In this document: positions 13,901 to 26,000 of the stretch, piece after piece
Layout of the letters: every line of letters starts with the position of its first letter
Position numbering within the stretch: position 1 is the first letter of the stretch
The notes under the pieces: model-generated
The model's database searches: none
The model's input: the letters and a program-made list of their open reading frames with translations, nothing else
What the model was told of the DNA's origin: nothing
Source: Eledone cirrhosa
Taxonomy: Eukaryota
Assembly: GCA_964016885.1 (NCBI GenBank)
Contig: OZ024743.1
Span: 139,438,001 to 139,502,000, forward strand
Length of the DNA: 64,000 bases
Reading direction: 5' to 3'
Program-made: the position numbers and the translations under genes

Positions 13901-15810
13901 TTTTTGTGCTTGGTGCTTGGTGTTTGGTGCTTGGTGCTTGCTGCTGGCTGCTTGGTGTTTGGTGCTTGGTGATTGGTGCTTGGTGTTTGGTGCTTGGTGT
14001 TTGGTGTTTGGTACTAGGTGCTTGGTGCTTGGTGTTTGGTGCTTGGTGCTTGGTGTTTGGTGTTTGGTGCTTGGTGCTGGGTGCTGGGTGGTTGGTGTTT
14101 GGTGTTTGGTGTTTGGTGCTGGGTGCTTGGTGTTTGGTGCTTGGTGCTTGGTCTTTGGTGTTTGGTGTTTGGTGTTTGGTGCTTGGTGCTTGGTGCTTGG
14201 TGTTTGGTGCTTGGTGCTTGGTGTTTGGTGCTTGGTGCTTAGTGGTTGGTGCTAGGTGCTTGGGGTTTGGTGTTTGGTGCTTGGTGCTTGGTGTTTGGTG
14301 TTTGGTGCTTGGTGTTTGGTGTTTGGTGCTTGGTGCTTGGTGTTTGGTGTTTGGTGTTTGCTGTTTGGTGTTTGGTGTTTGGTGTTTGCTGTTTGGTGTC
14401 TGCTTTTTGGTGTTTGGTGTTGGCTGTATGTTATTTGCTGTTTGGTGTTTGGTGTTTGGTGTTTGGTGCTTGGTGCTTGGTGTTTGGTGTTTGGTGCTTG
14501 GTGCTTGGAGTTTGGTGTTTGGTGCTTGGTGCTTGGTGTTTTGTATTTGGTGTTTGGTTTTTGGTGCTTGGTGCTTGGTGCTTGTTGCTTGGTCCTTGGT
14601 GTTTGGTGCTTGGTACTTGGTGTTTGTACTTGGTGCTTGGTGCTTGGTGTTTGGTTCTTGGTTCTTGGTGTTTGGTACTTGGTGCTTGGTGCTTGGTGCT
14701 TGGTGTTTGGTGTTTGGTGCTTGGTGTTTGGTGCTTGGTGCTTGGTGCTTGGTGTTTGGTGCTTGGTGTTTGGTGTTTGCTGTTTGGTGTCTGCTTTTTG
14801 GTGTTTGGTGTTTGCTGTTTGGTGTTTGGTGCTTGGTGTTTGGTGTTTGCTGTTTGGTGTCTGCTTTTTGGTGTTTGGTGTTTGCTGTATGGTGTTTGCT
14901 GTTTCGTGTTTGGTGTTTGCTGTTTGGTGTTTGGTGTTTGCTGTTTGGTGTTTGGTCTTTGGTGCTTGGTGTTTGGTGCTTGGTGCTTGGTGTTTGGTGT
15001 TTGGTGCTTGGTGCTTGGTGCTTCGTGTTTGGTGTTTGGTGCTTGGTGTCTGGAGCTTGGTGTTTGGTGTTTGGTGCTTGGTGTTTGGTGTTTGGTGCTT
15101 GGTGCTTGGTGTTTGGTGCTTGGTGCTTGGTGTTTGTACTTGGTGCTTGGTGCTTGGTGTTTGGTGCTTGGTTCTTGGTGTTTGGTGCTTGGTGTTTGGT
15201 GCTTGGTGCTTGGTGTTTGGTGGTTGGTGCTTGGTGTTTGGTGTTTGGTGCTTGGTGCTTGGTGCTTGGTGTTTGGTGTTTGGTGCTTGGTGCTTGGTGT
15301 TTGGTGTTTGGTTCTTGGTGCTTGGTATTTGGTGCTTGGTGCTTGCTGCTTGGTGTTTGGTGCTTGGTGATTGATGCTTGGTGTTTGATGCTTGGGGCTT
15401 GGTGTTTGGTTTTTGGTGCTAGGTGCTTGGTGCTTGGTGTTTGGTGCTTGGTGTTTGGTGTTTGCTGCTTGGTGCTTGGGGCTTGGTATTTGGTACTTGG
15501 TGCTTGGTGCTTGGTGTTTGGTGCTTGGTGCTTGGTGTATGGTGTTTGGTGTTTGGTGCTTGGTGTTTGGTGTTTGGTGCTTGGTGCTTGGTGTTTGTTG
15601 CTTGGTACTTGGTTCATGGTGTTTGGTGCTGGGTGCTTGGTGTTTGGTGCTTGGTGCTTGGTGTTTGGTGTTTGGTGCTTGGTGTTTGGTGTTTGGTGCT
15701 TGGTGCTTGGTGTTTGTTGCTTGGTACTTGGTGCATGGTGTTTGGTGCTGGGTGCTTGGTGTTTGGTGCTTGGTGTTTGGTGCTTGGTGCTTGGTGTTTG
15801 GTGTTTGGTG
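10950..15810 (+). repeat. Duplicated ~1.6 kb block (about 10950-12590 and 14170-15810), offset 3217 bp
   Basis: ORFs 11029/14246, 11039/14256 and 12175/15392 all differ by 3217. Both copies share TTAGTGGTTGG and an internal 70-bp duplication of the GTCTGCTTTTT landmark. Confidence 0.85.
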
Positions 15811-17720
15811 TTTGATGCTTGGTGTTTGATGCTTGGTGCTTGGTGCTTGGTGTTTGGTGCTTGGAGTTTGTACTTGGTGCTTGGTGTTTTGTGCTTGGTT
15901 CTTTGTGTTTGGTGTTTGGTGCTTGGTGCTTGGTGCTTGGTGTTAGGTGTTTGGTGCTTGGTGCTTGGTGTTTGGTGTTTGGTCCTTGGTGCTTGGTGTT
16001 TAGTGCTTGGTGCTTGGTGTTTGTTGTTTGGTGCTTTCTGCTTGCTGCTTGGCGTTTGGTGCTTGGTGCTTGGTGCTTGGTGTTTGGTGTTTTGTGCTAG
16101 GTGCTTGGTGTTTGGTGTTTGGTGCTTGGTGCTTGGAGTTTGGTGTTTGGTGCTTGGTGCTTGGTGTTTTGTGTTTGGTGTTTGGTTTTTGGTGCTTGGT
16201 GCTTGGTGCTTGTTGCTTGGTCCTTGGTGTTTGGTGCTTGGTACTTGGTGTTTGTACTTGGTGCTTGGTGCTTGGTGTTTGGTTCTTGGTTCTTGGTGTT
16301 TGGTACTTGGTGCTTGGTGCTTGGTGCTTGGTGTTTGGTGTTTGGTGCTTGGTGTTTGGTGCTTGGTGCTTGGTGCTTGGTGTTAGGTGTTTGGTGCTTG
16401 GTGCTTGGTGTTTGGTGCTTGGTGTTTGGTGTTTGCTGTTTGGTGTTTGGTGCTTGGTGTTTGGTGTTTGCTGTTTGGTGTCTGCTTTTTGGTGTTTGGT
16501 GTTTGCTGTATGGTGTTTGCTGTTTCGTGTTTGGTGTTTGCTGTTTGGTGTTTGGTGTTTTCTGTTTGGTGTTTGGTCTTTGGTGCTTGGTGTTTGGTGC
16601 TTGGTGCTTGGTGTTTGGTGTTTGGTGCTTGGTGCTTGGTGCTTCGTGTTTGGTGTTTGGTGCTTGGTGTCTGGAGCTTGGTGTTTGGTGTTTGGTGCTT
16701 GGTGTTTGGTGTTTGGTGCTTGGTGCTTGGTGTTTGGTGCTTGGTGCTTGGTGTTTGTACTTGGTGCTTGGTGCTTGGTGTTTGGTGCTTGGTTCTTGGT
16801 GTTTGGTGCTTGGTGTTTGGTGCTTGGTGCTTGGTGTTTGGTGGTTGGTGCTTGGTGTTTGGTGTTTGGTGCTTGGTGCTTGGTGCTTGGTGTTTGGTGT
16901 TTGGTGCTTGGTGCTTGGTGTTTGGTGTTTGGTTCTTGGTGCTTGGTATTTGGTGCTTGGTGCTTGCTGCTTGGTGTTTGGTGCTTGGTGATTGATGCTT
17001 GGTGTTTGATGCTTGGGGCTTGGTGTTTGGTTTTTGGTGCTAGGTGCTTGGTGCTTGGTGTTTGGTGCTTGGTGTTTGGTGTTTGCTGCTTGGTGCTTGG
17101 GGCTTGGTATTTGGTACTTGGTGCTTGGTGCTTGGTGTTTGGTGCTTGGTGCTTGGTGTATGGTGTTTGGTGTTTGGTGCTTGGTGTTTGTTGCTTGGTA
17201 CTTGGTTCATGGTGTTTGGTGCTGGGTGCTTGGTGTTTGGTGCTTGGTGCTTGGTGTTTGGTGTTTGGTGCTTGGTGTTTGGTGTTTGGTGCTTGGTGCT
17301 TGGTGTTTGTTGCTTGGTACTTGGTGCATGGTGTTTGGTGCTGGGTGCTTGGTGTTTGGTGCTTGGTGTTTGGTGCTTGGTGCTTGGTGTTTGGTGTTTG
17401 GTGTTTGATGCTTGGTGTTTGATGCTTGGTGCTTGGTGCTTGGTGTTTGGTGCTTGGAGTTTGTACTTGGTGCTTGGTGTTTTGTGCTTGGTTCTTTGTG
17501 TTTGGTGTTTGGTGCTTGGTGCTTGGTGCTTGGTGTTAGGTGTTTGGTGCTTGGTGCTTGGTGTTTGGTGTTTGGTCCTTGGTGCTTGGTGTTTAGTGCT
17601 TGGTGCTTGGTGTTTGTTGTTTGGTGCTTTCTGCTTGCTGCTTGGCGTTTGGTGCTTGGTGCTTGGTGCTTGGTGTTTGGTGTTTTGTGCTAGGTGCTTG
17701 GTGTTTGGTGTTTGGTGCTT
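14490..17720 (+). repeat. Tandem duplication of a ~1.6 kb unit (2 copies)
   Basis: ORFs 15392/17013 (1621) and 15819/17412 (1593). Shared variants GGAGTTTGTAC and TTTTGTGCTAGG. Confidence 0.8.
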
Positions 17721-18864
17721 GGTGCTTGGTGCTGGGTGGTTGGTATTTGGTGCTTGGTGCTTGGTGTTTGGTGCTTGGTGCTTGGTGCTTGGTGTTTGGT
17801 GCTTGGTGCTTGGTGCTTGGTCTTTGGTGCTTGGTGTTTGGTGCTTGGTGCTTGGTGCTTGGTGTTTGGTGCTTGGTGATTAGTGTTTGGTGCTTGGTGC
17901 TTGGGGTTTGGTGTTTGGTGCTTGGTACTTGGTGTTTGGTGCTTGGTGTTTGGTGTTTGCTGTTTGGTGTTTGGTGTTTGCTGTTTGCTGTTTGCTGTTT
18001 GCTTTTTGGTGTTTGGTGTTTGCTGTATGGTGTTTGCTGTTTGGTGTTTGGTGTTTGCTGTTTGGTGTTTGGTGTTTGCTGTTTGGTCTTTGGTGCTTGG
18101 TGTTTGGTGCTTGGTGCTTGGTGTTTGGTGTTTGGTGCTTGGTGCTTGGTGTTTGGTGTTTGTTGCTTGGTGCTTGGTGCTTGGTGTTTGGTGTTTGGTG
18201 TTTGGTGCTTGGTGTCTGGTGCTTGGTGTTTGGTGTTTGGTGTTTGGTGCTTGGTGTTTGGTGTTTGGTGTTTGGTGCTTGGTGTTTGGTGTTTGGTGTT
18301 TGGTGTTTGGTGCTTGTTGCTTGGTGCTTGGTGCTTGGTGTTTGGTTCTTGGTTCTTGGTGTTTGGTACTTGGTGCTTGGTGTTTGGTGCTGGGGGCTTG
18401 GTGTTTGGTGCTTGGTGCTTGGTGCTTGCTGTTTGGTGTTTGGTGCTTGGTGCTTGGTGTTTGGTGTTTGGTGTTATATGCTTGCTGTTTGGTGTTTGGT
18501 GCTTGGTGCTTGGTGTTTGGTGTTTGGTGTTATATGCTTGGTGTTTGATGCTTGGTGCTTGGTGCTTGGTATTTGGTGTTTGGTGCTTGGTGTTTGTACT
18601 TGGTGCTTGGTTCTTGGTTCTTGGTGCTTGGTGCTTGGTGCTTGGTGCTTGGTGCTTGGTGTTTGGTGCTTATGTTTGGTGCTTGGTGTTTGGTGCTTGG
18701 TGCCTGGTGCTTGGTGCTTGGTGCTTGGTGTTTGGTGCTTGGTGTTTGGTGCTTGGTGTTAGGTGTTTGGTGCTTGGTGCTTGGTGTTTGGTGTTTGGTG
18801 CTTGGTGTTTGGTGCTTGGTGCTTGGTGTTTGGTGTTTGGTGCTTGGTGTTTGTTGCTTGGTAC

Positions 18865-20505
18865 TTGGTGCTTGGTGCTTGGTGTTAGGTGTTTGGTGCT
18901 TGGTGCTTGGTGTTTGGTTTTTGGTGCTTGGTGCTTGGTGTTTGGTGTTTGGTGCTTGCTGCTGGCTGCTTGGTGTTTGGTGCTTGGTGATTGGTGCTTG
19001 GTGTTTAGTGCTTGGTGTTTGGTGTTTGGTACTAGGTGCTTGGTGTTTGGTGTTTGGTGCTTGGTGCTTGGTGTTTGGTGTTTCGTGTTTGGTGCTTGGT
19101 GCTTGGTGCTTGGTGCTGGGTGGTTGGTGTTTGGTGCTTGGTGATTAGTGTTTGGTGCTAGGTGCTTGGGGTTTGGTGTTTGGTGCTTGGTGCTTGGTGT
19201 TTGGTGCTTGGTGCTTGGTGTTTGGTGCTTGGTGCTTGGTGTTTGGTGTTTGCCGTTTGCTGTTTGGTGTTTGTTGTTTGGTGTTTGTTGATTGGTGTTT
19301 GCTGTTTGGTGTTTGGTATTTGGTGTTTGCTGTTTGGTGTCTGCTTTTTGGTGTTTGGTGTTTGCTGTATGTTGTTTGCTGTTTGGTGTTTGGTGTTTGG
19401 TGTTTGGTGTTTGCTGCTTGGTGGTTGGTGTTTGGTGCTTGGGGCTTCGTGTTTGGTGCCTGGTGCTTGGTACTTGGTTGTTTGGTGTTTGGTGCTTGGT
19501 GCTTGTGGCTTGGAGTTTGGTGTTTGGTGCTTGGTGCTTGGTGTTTGTACTTGGTGCTTGGTGCTTGGTGTTTGGTTCTTGGTTCTTGGTGTTTGGTACT
19601 TGGTGCTTGGTGCTTGGTGCTTGGTGTTTGGTGTTTGGTGCTTGGTGTTTGGTGCTTGGTGCTTGGTGCTTGGTGCTTGGTGTTAGGTGTTTGGTGCTTG
19701 GTGCTTGGTGTTTGGTTTTTGGTGCTTGGTGCTTGGTGTTTGGTGTTTGGTGCTTGCTGCTGGCTGCTTGGTGTTTGGTGCTTGGTGATTGGTGCTTGGT
19801 GTTTAGTGCTTGGTGTTTGGTGTTTGGTACTAGGTGCTTGGTGTTTGGTGTTTGGTGCTTGGTGCTTGGTGTTTGGTGTTTCGTGTTTGGTGCTTGGTGC
19901 TTGGTGCTTGGTGCTGGGTGGTTGGTGTTTGGTGCTTGGTGATTAGTGTTTGGTGCTAGGTGCTTGGGGTTTGGTGTTTGGTGCTTGGTGCTTGGTGTTT
20001 GGTGCTTGGTGCTTGGTGTTTGGTGCTTGGTGCTTGGTGTTTGGTGTTTGCCGTTTGCTGTTTGGTGTTTGTTGTTTGGTGTTTGTTGATTGGTGTTTGC
20101 TGTTTGGTGTTTGGTATTTGGTGTTTGCTGTTTGGTGTCTGCTTTTTGGTGTTTGGTGTTTGCTGTATGTTGTTTGCTGTTTGGTGTTTGGTGTTTGGTG
20201 TTTGGTGTTTGCTGCTTGGTGCTTGGTGTTTGGTGCTTGGGGCTTCGTGTTTGGTGCCTGGTGCTTGGTACTTGGTTGTTTGGTGTTTGGTGCTTGGTGC
20301 TTGTGGCTTGGAGTTTGGTGTTTGGTGCTTGGTGCTTGGTGTTTGTACTTGGTGCTTGGTGCTTGGTGTTTGGTTCTTGGTTCTTGGTGTTTGGTACTTG
20401 GTGCTTGGTGCTTGGTGCTTGGTGTTTGGTGTTTGGTGCTTGGTGTTTGGTGCTTGGTGCTTGGTGCTTGGTGCTTGGTGTTAGGTGTTTGGTGCTTGGT
20501 GCTTG
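18865..20505 (+). repeat. Tandem duplication of a 798-bp unit (114 monomers), 2 copies
   Basis: The A of GTTAGG lies at 18887, 19685 and 20483. ORFs 19152/19950, 19162/19960 and 19292/20090 all differ by 798. Shared variants TTGCCGTT and TTGTGGC. Confidence 0.9.
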
Positions 20506-23089
20506 GAGTTTGGTGCTTGGTGTTTGCTGTTTGGTGTTTGGTGCTTGGTGTTTGGTGTTTGGTGCTTGGTGCTTGGTGTTTGGTGCTTGGTGCTTGGTGC
20601 TTGCTGCTTGGTGTTTGGTGCTTGGTGATTGATGCTTGGTGTTTGGTGCTTGGTGCTCAGTGTTTGGTTTTTGGTGCTAGGTGCTTGGTGCATGGTGTTT
20701 GGTGCTTGGTGTTTGGTGTTTGGTGGTTGGTGCTTGGGGATTGGTGTTTGGTACTTGGTGCTTGGTGCTTGGTGTTTGGTGCTTGGTGCTTGGTGTTTGG
20801 TGTTTGGTGCTTGGTGCTTGGTGTTTGGTGCTTGGTGCTTGGTGTTTGGTGTTTGGTGCTTGGTGCTTGGTGTTTGGTGCTTGGTGCTTGGTGCTTGTTG
20901 TTTGGTGATTGGTGCTTGGTGCTTGGTGTTTGGTGTTTGGTGCTTGGGGCTTGGTGTTTGGTGCTGCGTGCTTGGTGCTTGGTGCTTGGTGCTTGGTGCT
21001 TGGTGTTTTGTGTTTGGTGTTTGATGCTTGGTGCTTGGTGTTTGGTGTTTGGTGCTTGGTGTTTGGTGTTTGCTGTTTGCTGTTTGCTGTTTGGTGTTTG
21101 CTGTTTGGTGTTTGGTGTTTGGTGTTTGCTGTTTGGTGTTTGCTGTTTGGTGTTTGGTGCTTGCTGTTTGGTGCTTGGTGTTTGGTGCTTGGTGCTTGGT
21201 GTTTGGTGTTTGGTGTTTGTTGCTTGGTGCTTGGGGCTTGATTTGGTGCTTGGTGCTTGGTGCTTGGTGTTTGGTGTTTGGTGCTTGGTGTTTGGTGCTT
21301 GGTGCTTGGTGCTTGGTGTTTGGTGCTTGGTGTTTGGTGCATGGTGCTTGGTGCTTGTTGTTTGTCGCTTGTTGCTTGGTGCTTGGTGTTTGGTGCTTGG
21401 TGCTTGGTGTTTGGTGTTTGGTGCTTGGTGCTTGGTGTTTGGTGTTTGGTGCTTGGTGTTTGGTGTTTGGTGCTTGGTGCTTGGTGTTTGTTGCTTGGTA
21501 CTTGGTGCATGGTGTTTGGTGCTGGGTGCTTGGTGTTTGGTGCTTGGTGTTTGGTGCTTGGTGCTTGGTGTTTGGTGTTTGGTGTTTGATGCATGGTGTT
21601 TTATGCTTGGTGCTTGGTGTTTGGTGCTTGGTGTTTGTACTTGGTGCTTGGTGCTTGGTGTTTTGTGCTTGGTTCTTGGTGTCTGGTGTTTGGTGCTTGG
21701 TACTTGGTGCTTGGTGTTAGGTGTTTGGTGCTTGGTGCTTGGTGTTTGGTGTTTGGTCCTTGGTGCTTGGTGCTTGGTGTTTAGTGCTTGGTGCTTGGTG
21801 TTTGTTGTTTGGTGCTTTCTGCTTGCTGCTTGGTGTTTGCTGCTTGGTGCTTGGTGCTTGGTGTTTGGTGTTTGGTGCTAGGTGCTTGGTGTTTGGTGTT
21901 TGGTGTTTGATGCTTGGTGTTTGGTGTTTGGTGCTTGGTGCTTGGGGCTTGGTGTTTGGTGCTTGGTGCTTGGTGCTTGGTGTTTGGTGCTTGGTGCTTG
22001 GTGTTTGGTGTTTGGTGTTTGGTGCTTGGTGCTTGGTGTTTGGTGCTTGGTGCTTGGTGCTGGGTGGTTGGTATTTGGTGCTTGGTGCTTGGTGTTTGGT
22101 GCTTGGTGCTTGGTGCTTGGTGTTTGGTGCTTGGTGCTTGGTGCTTGGTCTTTGGTTCTTGGTGTTTGGTGTTTGGTGCTTGGTGCTTTGTGTTTGGTGC
22201 TTGGTGATTAGTGTTTGGTGCTTGGTGCTTGGGGTTTGGTGTTTGGTGCTTGGTACTTGGTGTTTGGTGCTTGGTGTTTGGTGTTTGCTGTTTGGTGTTT
22301 GGTGTTTGGTGTTTGCTGTTTGGTGTCTGCTTTTTGGTGTTTGGTGTTTGCTGTATGATGTTTGCTGTTTCGTGTTTGGTGTTTGCTGTTTGGTGTTTGG
22401 TGTTTGCTGTTTGGTGTTTGGTCTTTGGTGCTTGGTGTTTGGTGCTTGGTGCTGGGTGTTTGGTGTTTGGTGCTTGGTGTTTGGTGTTTGGTGCTTGGTG
22501 CTTGGTGCTTGGTGTTTGGTGTTTGGTGTTTGGTGCTTGGTGTTTGGTGTTTGGTGTTTGGTGCTTGTTGCTTGGTGCTTGGTGCTTGGTGTTTGGTGCT
22601 TGGTGCTTGGTGTTTGGTGCTGGGTGCTTGGTGTTTGGTGTTTGGTGCTTGGTGCTTGGTGTTTGGTGTTTGGTGCTTGGTGCTTGGTGTTTGGTGTTTG
22701 GTGTTATATGCTTGGTGTTTGATGCTTGGTGCTTGGTGCTTGGTGTTTGGTGTTTGGTGCTTGGTGTTTTATGCTTGGTGTTTGATGTTTGGTTCTTGGT
22801 GCTTGGTGTTTGGTGCTTGGTGCTTGGTGTTTATACTTGGTGCTTGGTGCTTGGTTCTTGGTGTTTGGTGCTTGGTGCTTGGTGCTTGGTGCTTGGTGTT
22901 TGGTGCTTGGTGTTTGGTGCTTGGTGCCTGGTGCTTGGTGCTTGGTGCTTGGTGTTTGGTGCTTGGTGTTTGGTGCTTGGTATTAGGTATTTGGTGCTTG
23001 GTGCTTGGTGTTTGGTGTTTGGTGCTTGGTGTTTGGTGCTTGGTGCTTGGTGTTTGGTGTTTGGTGCTTGGTGTTTGGTGCTTGGTACT

Positions 23090-26000
23090 TGGTGCTTGGT
23101 GCTTGGTGTTAGGTGTTTGGTGCTTGGTGCTTGGTGTTTGGTTTTTGGTGCTTGGTGCTTGGTGTTTGGTGTTTGGTGCTTGCTGCTGGCTGCTTGGTGT
23201 TTGGTGCTTGGTGATTGGTGCTTGGTGTTTGGTGCTTGGTCTTTGGTGTTTGGTACTAGGTGCTTGGTGCTTGGTGTTTGGTGCTTGGTGCTTGGTGTTT
23301 GGTGTTTGGTGCTTGGTGCTTGGTGTTTGGTTCTTGGTGCTGGGTTCTGGGTGGTTGGTCTTTGGTGCTTGGTGTTTGCTGTATGTTATTTGCTGTTTGG
23401 TGTTTGGTGTTTGGTGTTTGGTGCTTGGTGCTTGGTGTTTGGTTCTTGGTGCTTGGTGTTTGGTGCCTGGTGCTTGGTGCTTGGTGTTTGGTGTTTGGTG
23501 CTTGGAGTTTGGTGTTTGGTGCTTGGTGCTTGGTGTTTTGTGTTTGGTGTTTGGTTTTTGGTGCTTGGTGCTTGGTGCTTGGTGCTTGGTCCTTGGTGTT
23601 TGGTGCTTGGTGCTTGGTGTTTGTACTTGGTGCTTGGTGCTTGGTGTTTGGTTCTTGGTTCTTGGTGTTTGGTACTTGGTGTTTGGTGCTTGGTGCTTGG
23701 TGTTTGATGCTTGGTGTTTGGTGTTTGCTGTTTGGTGTTTGGTGTTTGGTGTTTGGTGTTTGCTGTTTGGTGTCTGCTTTTTGGTGTTTGGTGTTTGCTG
23801 TATGGTGTTTGCTGTTTCGTGTTTGGTGTTTGCTGTTTGGTGTTTGGTGTTTGCTGTTTGGTGTGTGGTCTTTGGTGCTTGGTGTTTGGTGCTTGGTGCT
23901 TGGTGTTTGGTGTTTGGTGCTTGGTGCTTGGTGCTTCGTGTTTGGTGTTTGGTGCTTGGTGTCTGGAGCTTGGTGTTTGGTGTTTGGTGCTTGGTGTTTG
24001 GTGTTTGGTGCTTGGTGCTTGGTGTTTGGTGCTTGGTGCTTGGTGTTTGTACTTGGTGCTTGGTGCTTGGTGTTTGGTGCTTGGTTCTTGGTGTTTGGTG
24101 CTTGGTGTTTGGTGCTTGGTGCTTGGTGTTTGGTGCTTGGTGCTTGGTGCTTGGTGCTTGGTGTTAGGTGTTTGGTGCTTGGTGCTTGGTGTTTGGTGTT
24201 TGGTTCTTGGTGCTTGGTATTTGGTGCTTGGTGCTTGCTGCTTGGTGTTTGGTGCTTGGTGATTGATGCTTGGTGTTTGGTGCTTGGTGCTTGGTGTTTG
24301 GTTTTTGGTGCTAGGTGCTTGGTGCTTGGTGTTTGGTGCTTGGTGTTTGGTGTTTGGTGCTTGGTGCTTGGTGTTTGGTACTTGGTGCTTGGTGCTTGGT
24401 GTTTGGTGCTTGGTGCTTGGTGTTTGGTGTTTGGTGTTTGGTGCTTGGTGCTTGGTGTTTGGTGCTTGGTGCTTGGTGCTGGGTGGTTGGTGTTTGGTGC
24501 TTGGTGCTTGGTGTTTGGTGCTAGGTGCATGGTGCTTGGTGTTTGGTGCTTGGTGCTTGGTGCTTGGTCTTTGGTGTTTGGTGTTTAGTGCTTGGTGCTT
24601 GGTGCTTGGTGCTTGGTGCTTGGTCCTTGGTGTTTGGTGCTTGGTGCTTGGTGTTTGGTGTTTGGTGCTTGGTGCTTGGTGCTTCGTGTTTGGTGTTTGG
24701 TGCTTGGTGTCTGGAGCTTGGTGTTTGGTGTTTGGTGCTTGGTGTTTGGTGTTTGGTGCTTGGTGCTTGGTGTTTGGTGCTTGGTGCTTGGTGTTTGTAC
24801 TTGGTGCTTGGTGCTTGGTGTTTGGTGCTTGGTTCTTGGTGTTTGGTGCTTGGTGTTTGGAGCTTGGTGCTTGGTGTTTGGTGCTTGGTGCTTGGTGTTT
24901 GTACTTGGTGCTTGGTGCTTGCTGTTTGGGGCTTGGTTCTTGGTGTTTGGTGCTTGGTGTTTGGAGCTTGGTGCTTGGTGTTTGGTGCTTGGTGCTTGGT
25001 GTTTGGTGTTTGGTGCCTGGTGCTTGGTGTTTGGTGTTTGGTGCTTGGTGTTTGGTGTTTGGTGCTTGGTGCTTGGTGTTTGTTGCTTGGTACTTGGTGC
25101 ATGGTGTTTGGTGCTGGGTGCTTAGTGTTTGGTGCTTGGTGTTTGGTGCTTGGTGCTTGGTGTTTGGTGTTTGGTGCTTGGTGTTTGGTGCTTGGTACTT
25201 GGTGCTTGGTGCTTGGTGTTAGGTGTTTGGTGCTTGGTGCTTGGTGTTTGGTTTTTGGTGCTTGGTGCTTCGTGTTTGGTGTTTGGTGCTTGCTGCTGGC
25301 TGCTTGGTGTTTGGTGCTTGGTGATTGGTGCTTGGTGTTTGGTGCTTGGTGTTTGGTGTTTGGTACTAGGTGCTTGGTGCTTGGTGTTTGGTGCTTGGTG
25401 CTTGGTGTTTGGTGTTTGGTGCTTGGTGCTTGGTGTTTGGTTCTTGGTGCTGGGTTCTGGGTGGTTGGTCTTTGGTGCTTGGTGTTTGCTGTATGTTATT
25501 TGCTGTTTGGTGTTTGGTGTTTGGTGTTTGGTGCTTGGTGCTTGGTGTTTGGTGCTTGGTGCTTGGTGTTTGGTGCCTGGTGCTTGGTGCTTGGTGTTTG
25601 GTGTTTGGTGCTTGGAGTTTGGTGTTTGGTGCTTGGTGCTTGGTGTTTTGTGTTTGGTGTTTGTTTTTTGGTGCTTGGTGCTTGGTGCTTGGTGCTTGGT
25701 CCTTGGTGTTTGGTGCTTGGTGCTTGGTGTTTGTACTTGGTGCTTGGTGCTTGGTGTTTGGTTCTTGGTTCTTGGTGTTTGGTACTTGGTGTTTGGTGCT
25801 TGGTGCTTGGTGTTTGATGCTTGGTGTTTGGTGTTTGCTGTTTGGTGTTTGGTGTTTGGTGTTTGGTGTTTGCTGTTTGGTGTCTGCTTTTTGGTGTTTG
25901 GTGTTTGCTGTATGGTGTTTGCTGTTTCGTGTTTGGTGTTTGCTGTTTGGTGTTTGGTGTTTGCTGTTTGGTGTTTGGTCTTTGGTGCTTGGTGTTTGGT

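Noticed and set aside
12987-15617. Minus-strand TKHQAPS/TKHQTPN ORFs as mucin-like or repeat surface proteins
   Set aside because: The minus strand has almost no T, so stops are rare by composition. There is no signal peptide, unique domain or non-repeat terminus, and the ATG starts are chance variants.
12994-16386. 1130-aa + strand ORF and all other WCLVLGA-type ORFs as membrane proteins
   Set aside because: The same peptide appears in all three frames, variants show no codon-position bias, and stops arise only from sporadic A variants. This is a translation artefact of the heptamer.
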